DNA of 64,000 nucleotides, from positions 126,976,001-127,040,000 of the forward strand of contig NW_027362769.1 in assembly GCF_046119375.1 (NCBI RefSeq), in the 5' to 3' direction. The notes under the pieces are model-generated. The model was not told where the DNA came from. It saw only the letters and a list, made by a program, of their open reading frames with translations, and made no database searches. Every line of letters starts with the position of its first letter. Within the stretch, counting starts at the first letter, position 1. This DNA is from Phyllobates terribilis (Eukaryota). Of this stretch, positions 58,001 through 64,000 are shown piece after piece. A program made the position numbers and the translations under genes.

Positions 58001-59057
58001 GGGCTGAATTTATTACGTCACTTTTCTGCCGTAAAAGCTTTGATGAATCGGCCCTTATGTTTTTCTTTTTTATACATCAGTTTACCAGTTTTCACAATCT
58101 ACAGTCCTCCGCAACATATCATGTTCCTTACAGAAGCTGAACCAGCAGCGTGCTCCGTGGAGATATAAGGTCGCACTGCCTGAGTGCGACATCTGACATA
58201 CGAGTGCGACATCTGACAAGTCACCTTCTTGTATGCTGGCTCAGGAGCTGAACCTGCATCTTTTTTTTTTTTCTTTTCTACTTGCGCAATTTCACTGCAC
58301 TTGAAATCTTGTTTTCCTTGTTTTCTTGCACATTGAATGGTAGAAAAATGGCGACATTCAAAACTACAGCTCGTCCCCCTATACTTCAAGCCTTCATGTG
58401 GCCAAGTGGTCAGAGAAATAAATAATTTTGCTTTTGGAAGAAAAGGAAGAAAAACTTAAAAGCAAAAAAATGGGAAAGTGTTAAAGGGAAACTGTCAGCA
58501 GGTTTTTACTATGCAAGAGATAGAGGCTGAAACACAGAATTCAGGGATGTGTCACTTGACAAAGTGCGTGCTGTTGTCTACTAACTGTGAAGGATTTATC
58601 ACTAAGGGATTAACATTGGGACTACACTAGTCCGGCAATGCCCCCTCCTGTGATAAGCAGCTCTCTGTCTATGGACTTTGTACACAGAGAGCGCACGAGT
58701 ACAACATTTATAACCAAACATTTTGCATCTATATAAATCAAATCTTGTGTTTTATGCCTTAAGTAATTTTCCCAGCTTTTGCTTATCCAGGTATTTACAG
58801 GGTGGGTGGTGGGTAAAGACGGAGAGATGGTTCTCTGAAGCCGAGCACCGTCATCACGTTAGTCCTGAACAGCATGGACGCCTTGTTTTATTGTCTGACA
58901 AGATGAAATGAAATGTCGAGCTCTGGTCTTGCAGGGATTGGTTTTGAAAGGGTGGCTGGATCTGACCTGCGGGAGGGAAGCCAATGCTAAAAAGGCTCTG
59001 AAGTACTTTGAGGACGGACAGAGCGATGACGCGGACGTGTTCGCAATGATGGGAAGG
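52024..59057 (+). CDS. ttc21b: TTC21B / IFT139 (IFT-A TPR protein), exons 1-5; gene presumably continues beyond the window
   Basis: Exons 52024-52056 ([11 protein letters not shown], inferred), 53952-54081 ([15 protein letters not shown]), 54171-54281 ([15 protein letters not shown]), 57458-57624 (DREAIQ...AGLFLWH...HDKAREY), 58935-59057 (VLKGWLDLT...KKALKYFE). GT-AG sites, frame intact; lengths 130/111/167/123 match the recalled human exons. TTC21A orthology not formally excluded. Confidence 0.9.
53358..53662. mobile_element. hAT MITE
   Basis: Long TIRs TAGTGATGAGCGAGTATG...; perfect 8-bp TSD CTGCAGAA. Confidence 0.92.
53952..54281 (+). CDS. ttc21b: TTC21B exons 2 and 3 (53952-54081, 54171-54281; 89-bp intron)
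   Basis: Canonical splice sites; phase 0-1-1. Confidence 0.92.
54435..54773. mobile_element. hAT MITE
   Basis: TIR CAGGGCTGTGGA / TCCACAGCCCT; perfect 8-bp TSD TCCCCAAG. Confidence 0.9.
54838..56803. repeat. Polypyrimidine satellite [(CT)nCGTCTT]n with a 172-N assembly gap (54932-55103)
   Basis: Direct reading of the sequence. Confidence 0.97.
57458..57624 (+). CDS. ttc21b: TTC21B exon 4
   Basis: 167 bp, AG/GT, phase 1-0. Confidence 0.92.
58935..59057 (+). CDS. ttc21b: TTC21B exon 5
   Basis: 123 bp, AG/GT, phase 0-0. Confidence 0.92.
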
Positions 59058-60499
59058 GTAAGATCATCAAAAATGGTGGCGTGAATGCCGAGTTCATTGT
59101 TCTAGTAAATGTCTTGCTATCGATGCAGTTTTACTTAACCCCTTAATAACATCTGACGTACTAATACGCGTCTGTGCCCTGGGACTTAAGAGCCAGACCC
59201 GTATTAGTATGTCATCGCGATCGCGCGCGCACACAGGCTGTGCGGGCGCGATCGCCGTCGGGTGTCAGCTGATTGTCACAGCTGACACCCGGTACTATGT
59301 GCAGATACTCACCTCCTCTTCCGGCTTCCAGCGCTGTCTGCAAAGGCTTCCCGGGTGTTGCCATGACGACCCGATGTCGTCATGACAGCATCCGGGTCAC
59401 CAGACAGCAGGAAGATTGTTTGGACATGCGCAGTGCATCTCCAAACAATCTTCTCACTGTGCAGCGCTGATAGCCTGTATGACACAGGGATGGTGCTGCA
59501 TTCCTGTGCCATGCAGGCGATCAGAGAAAAAAAAGTGAAAGTCCCAGAGTGGGACAAAGTAATAAAGTATAAAAACTGTCAGTAAGTGAAAAAAAAAAAA
59601 AAAATTGCAAAAATATATAAAAAAAAACTATAAAATAATCCACCAAAAATAAAAATATAATGTACCCATCAATAAATATTATTATAAAAAAAAAAAAATA
59701 ATAAAATAAAAGTACACATATTTGGTATCGCCGCGTCCGGAACAACCTGACCTATAAAACTGTCCCACTAGTTAACCCCTTCAATGAACACGGTAAAAAA
59801 AAAAAAAAAACTAAGCAAAAAACAATGCTTTATCACCATACCGCCAAATAAAAAATGGAATAACACGCGATCAAAAAGACAAATATAAATAAAAATGGTA
59901 CCGCTGAAAACGTCACCTCGTCCCGCAAAAAACAAGCTGACAAACAGCTCCATCAGCCGAAAAATAAAAAAGTTATAGCTCTCAGAATAAAGCTATGCTA
60001 AAAAATATTTTTTTCTATAAAATTGCTCTTATTATGTAAAATTGCAAAACATAGAAAAACGATATAAATGTGGTACCGCTGTAAACGTACTGACTCAAAG
60101 AATAAAGCTGCCTTATCACTTTTACCACACGCGGAACAGAATAAAAAAAAAAAAAAAATTCCTGAATTGTTGGTTTTTGTTTATTCTGCCTCCCAAAAAT
60201 CGGAATAGAAAGCGATCAAAAAATGTCACGTGCCTGAAAATGGCACCAATAACAACGTCAACTCATCCCGCAAAAAACGAGCCGTCACATGACTGTCTGC
60301 CAAAATCTGGAAAAATTATAGCTCTCAAAATATGGCGATGCAAAAACTAGATTTTACAAAAAATGCGTCTTTTTGTGTGTGACAGCTGTCGGTCATAAAA
60401 ACCCGATATGATTCTGGTATCACTGTAATCGCACCGACCCGAAGAATAAAGTCATCTAATCACTTATACCGCACGAGGAAAGGCGCAAAAAATAAACTC

Positions 60500-60676
60500 T
60501 TGGGTTAGGATTGGGCTAGGGTTAGGGCTGGGTTTGGGGTTAGGGTTGTGCTAGGGTTAGGGTTGTGCTACGGTTAGGGTTGAGCTACGGTTAGGGTTGT
60601 GCTACGGTTAGGGTTGTGCTACGGTTAGGGCTGGGGTTGGGGTTAGGGTTGGGGTTAGGGTTGTGATGGGGTTGGG
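60500..60676 (+). repeat. Degenerate telomere-like (TTAGGG-variant) array
   Basis: GGTTAGGGTT interleaved with GTGCTAC/GTGCTAG variants, ~18-bp higher-order unit. Confidence 0.85.
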
Positions 60677-60717
60677 ATTTTTTTCAAAAGTAAGAAAAAA
60701 GATGACGATATGGCGAC

Positions 60718-60996
60718 TAGTGTTGAGCGCAAGTGCTCGCTACTTGAGTTTGCATCGGGTGCTCTGGTATGCATTGAGTATCGTGGGTATTTGAGTGACA
60801 TGCTCGCGGCCAAAAAAACTTTACGGGGATTGCCTGCCATGCACGAGCGATCCCCGCATGTTTTTTTTTGGGTGTCTAATAACCGTGAAACATGCGGAGC
60901 AGGGACTCGAGCATGTCACTCGAGCACACGCTGTACATGGTGCATACCTGAGTACCCGATGCAAACTCAAGTAGCGAGCACTTGCGCTCAAGACTA
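60718..60996. mobile_element. hAT MITE
   Basis: Long TIRs TAGTGTTGAGCGCAAGTGCTCGCTAC...; 8-bp TSD 6/8 conserved (ATGGCGAC / ATGACAAC); same TIR family as the hAT end at 40966. Confidence 0.85.
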
Positions 60997-63724
60997 ATGA
61001 CAACTTATTCAATATGATGACCTAATGTAAACAAATGCTGTGTCGTACCTCTGGGTTCAAAATGTTCACTATACACCTTAATAAAATCCTTGAGGGGTAT
61101 AGTTTCCAAAATGGGGTCACTTGTGGGGGAGCTCCACTGTTTAGGCACATCACGGGCTCTCCAAACGCGACATGGTGTCCGCTAACAAATTGAATGGAAA
61201 ATCGGCTCAAATTGTTAGCGGACGCCATGTTGCGTTTGGAGAGCTACTGCGTGTAACATGGTATCCGCTAACAAATTGTCGGCTCAAATTGTTAGCGGAC
61301 ATCATGTTGCGTTTGGAGAGACCCTGTGTGCCCAAACATTGGAGCTCCCCCACAAGTGACCCCATTTTGGAAACTAGACCCCCGAAGGCACCTATCTAGA
61401 TGCATAGTGAGCACTTGGAACCCCCAGGTGTTTCACAAATTGATTCATAAATATGAAAAAGTGTTTTTTTTGTCACATTTTCATTTTTACGAATCAATTT
61501 GTGAAGCACCTGGGGGTTCCAAGTGCTCACTATGCATCTAGATAGGTGCCTTTGGGGGTCTAGTTTCCAAAATGGAGTCACTTGTGGGGGAGCTCCAAAG
61601 TTTGGGCACACAGGGGCTCTCCAAATACAACATGGCATCCGCTAATTATTCAAGCAAATTTTACAATCAAAAAGTCAAATGGCGCTCCTTCCCTTCCGAG
61701 CCCTGCCGTGCGCCCAAACAGTGTTTTTTCCCCACATATTGGGTATCTGCGTGCCCAGGGAAAATTGCACAACAAATTTTGGGGTCCATTTTTTCTTGTT
61801 ACCTCTGTGAAAATAAAAAAAATTGGGTCTAAAGTAACATTTTTGTGAAAAAAGTTAAATGTTCATTTTTTTCTTCCACATTCCAAAAATTCCTGTGAAG
61901 CACCTGAAGGGTTAATAAAGTTCTTGAATGTGGTTTTGAGCACCTCGAGGGGTGCAGTTTTTAGAATGGTGTCACTTTTGGGTATTTTCTGTCATAAAGA
62001 CCCCTCAAAATGACTTCAAATGTGATGTGGTCCCTAAAAAAATGGTTTTGTAAATTTTGTTGGAAAAATTAGAAATCGCTGGTCAAATTTAACCCTTATA
62101 GCTCCCTAACAAAAAAAAAATTTGATTCCAAAATTGTGCTGATGTAAAGTAGACATGTGGGAAATGTTATTTATTAACTCTTTTGTGTGACATATCGCTC
62201 TGATTTAAGGGCATGAAAATTCAAATTTTGAAAATTGCAAAATTTTCTAAATTTTCGCCAAATTTCCGTTTTTTTCACAAATAAACGCAAGTGATATCGA
62301 AGAAATTTTACCACAATCATGAAGTACAATATGTCACGAAAAAACAGTCTCAGAATCAGGGGGATCCGTTGAAGTGTTCCAGAGTAATTATCTCATAAAG
62401 TGACAGTGGTCAGAATTGTAAAAATTGGCCTGGTCATTAACGTGCAAACCACCCTCGGGGTTTAAGGGGTTAAAGGGGTTTTTCCACAAACAAAGTTGTA
62501 TACAGACATTACAGCAGGGGATCACACCTGATTCTTTCTGTGAGATAAAACATTTTTTAAAAAGATGCAGAGAAATATTTTATCTCACAGAAAGAATCAG
62601 GTGTGATCCCGTGCTGTACTGTCTGTATACTCTTTTCCTTCCTCCCCTGCCCAGGAGCTGTGGTATGATCAGACCATGTTCCTGTATGGTCAGACACAGC
62701 CATTACACAGTACACAGCAGGGGCACATTTATAAGATTATCTCAGCACAGGAACATTTTATTTAAACACATCCAATTGTGGAAATTATTGTTATTCCAAG
62801 ATTTATTGATTAAAATCAACTTTAACTTACATCTGGATAATCTTGTAGATAATCTGGTCATAAAGGTAAAGTTTATTAGGAGCATCCAGAAAGGAGGGGA
62901 GTTAAGGGGGGCTTGTATATTGATGACCTATCGATCAATATTGGATGTGTGGGGGTCTGTTCCTCAGTGCACCCTTCGATCAGTTGTTGTCCTCTTCACT
63001 GACAGATGTGCACAGTGTAGTGACCATCTTTGGATGCTGCAGCTCCGCTTCTATTCACTTCTATAGGAGCTTCCGCACCCGAGAGTGGTCATAAAGCAGC
63101 GCATAGAGCTGTGCTCCTCTGCTCCTATACAGCTGGCTGCAGCTACAAACAGCTGACCGACGGATCCTCACCGATGTAGGTGCATTACTGAATATTGGGC
63201 AGCAGCATTCATATTGGGGATGCTGAAAGGCCCCATCAGTCCTTCTACATAAATGAGTACCAGTACTATAAATGTAGGCTTCTCTGACGCTTCACATAGG
63301 ATCTACTTACAGCGTAGGTGGTTTCACACGTCCGACATTAACGGTCTGAGCACCAACCGCAGTACCCGGGCTGGACGCAGTCTCCATGTATGAACTTAAG
63401 AGCCTTATATATGTCTAGGAGTCTGTAAAGTGGCGTCAGGAGACCCACAGCAGGTCCAGACATAGCGGTCCATACTCAGACCGTGAATGCTGGACATGTG
63501 AAACCGTCTAAGTTATAAGTAGATCCTTATGAAACATCATTAAATCCTACTTAAAGAGGCTTTCCCATGCTCATAGGACGGCCCATAAATGTCTCATAGA
63601 TGTGGTCCCACTTATCCCTAGAACAATGATCCCTGGCCACGTCCTGCCGCAAGAGTGAACGGAGATGAGCTTTACTATTGTAGTTCCAGAACTCTCATAT
63701 AAGTAAACGGGAGTCAGGGAATGA

Positions 63725-64000
63725 TATAGCCCAGTGACCCCCCTCCCTTGGTATAACCCAGTGACTCCCCCCCCCCCTTGGTATATCCCATTGACCCCCT
63801 CCCCCCTGTATAGCCCAGTGGCTTACCCCTCGGTTTAGCCCAGTGACCCCCCCCCATCCCGGTGTAGTCCAGTGACCCCTGCACCTCCTGGTATAACCCG
63901 GTGACTTCCTCTCCGGTATATCCCGGTGACTCCCTCTCCGGTATAGCCCGGTGACTTCCTCCCCGGTATAGCCCAGTGACCTTCCTCCCCGGTATAGCCC
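63725..64000. repeat. ~26-bp tandem repeat running off the window
   Basis: GGTATAGCCCAGTGACCCCC-type units. Confidence 0.85.

Larger units (their letters stand above)
59139..62469. mobile_element. Non-autonomous TTAA-specific (piggyBac-like) element
   Basis: TTAA flanks (59135-38, 62470-73); CCCCTT / AAGGGG termini; no transposase ORF; contains a nested hAT MITE and TTAGGG-like repeats. Confidence 0.6.

Noticed and set aside
59357-59370. X-box-like GTTGCCATGACGAC in a ciliary gene
   Set aside because: Imperfect, 7 kb from the promoter and inside a repetitive element; no evidence of function.
60500-60676. True telomere or chromosome-fusion scar
   Set aside because: Short, degenerate, single orientation and embedded in a transposon.
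62425-63066. 213-aa ORF
   Set aside because: Crosses transposon ends and MITE sequence; no recognisable domain or splice structure.

Overview
This is eukaryotic vertebrate genomic DNA, most likely a frog (inferred from the TTAA/T2-type MITEs, the Tc1/hAT/Gypsy mix and an expanded-family-type MAST-like kinase). It has no prokaryotic features, rRNA, tRNA genes or CRISPR arrays. Host genes: (1) a compact 17-exon MAST-like AGC kinase on the minus strand (8413-16673) with a full kinase core, no PDZ domain, an in-frame 3-exon duplication and a Cys-rich tail; (2) TTC21B/IFT139 exons 1-5 (52024-59057, +), preceded upstream by an orphan copy of exons 14-15 (40967-47343) that starts at a hAT terminal repeat. 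Most of the rest is nested transposons: a near-intact Gypsy LTR retrotransposon (21693-29575) inside a Tc1, a second partial Gypsy, L1, L2, several Tc1 elements, a hAT with two solo LTRs, and MITEs. The best novelty candidate is a very young 4866-bp LTR element (41445-46310, minus). It has two 1184-bp LTRs with no mismatch seen, a tRNA-Ser PBS, a PPT and a 4-bp TSD, but no gag/pol; its single long ORF ends in a Y-box-like cold-shock domain. It shares its cis-signals with the autonomous Gypsy in the same window. All three Gypsy-type LTR families here also carry a second, partial tRNA-Ser PBS inside U5. All calls are by eye and from recalled family sequences; no database search was run.
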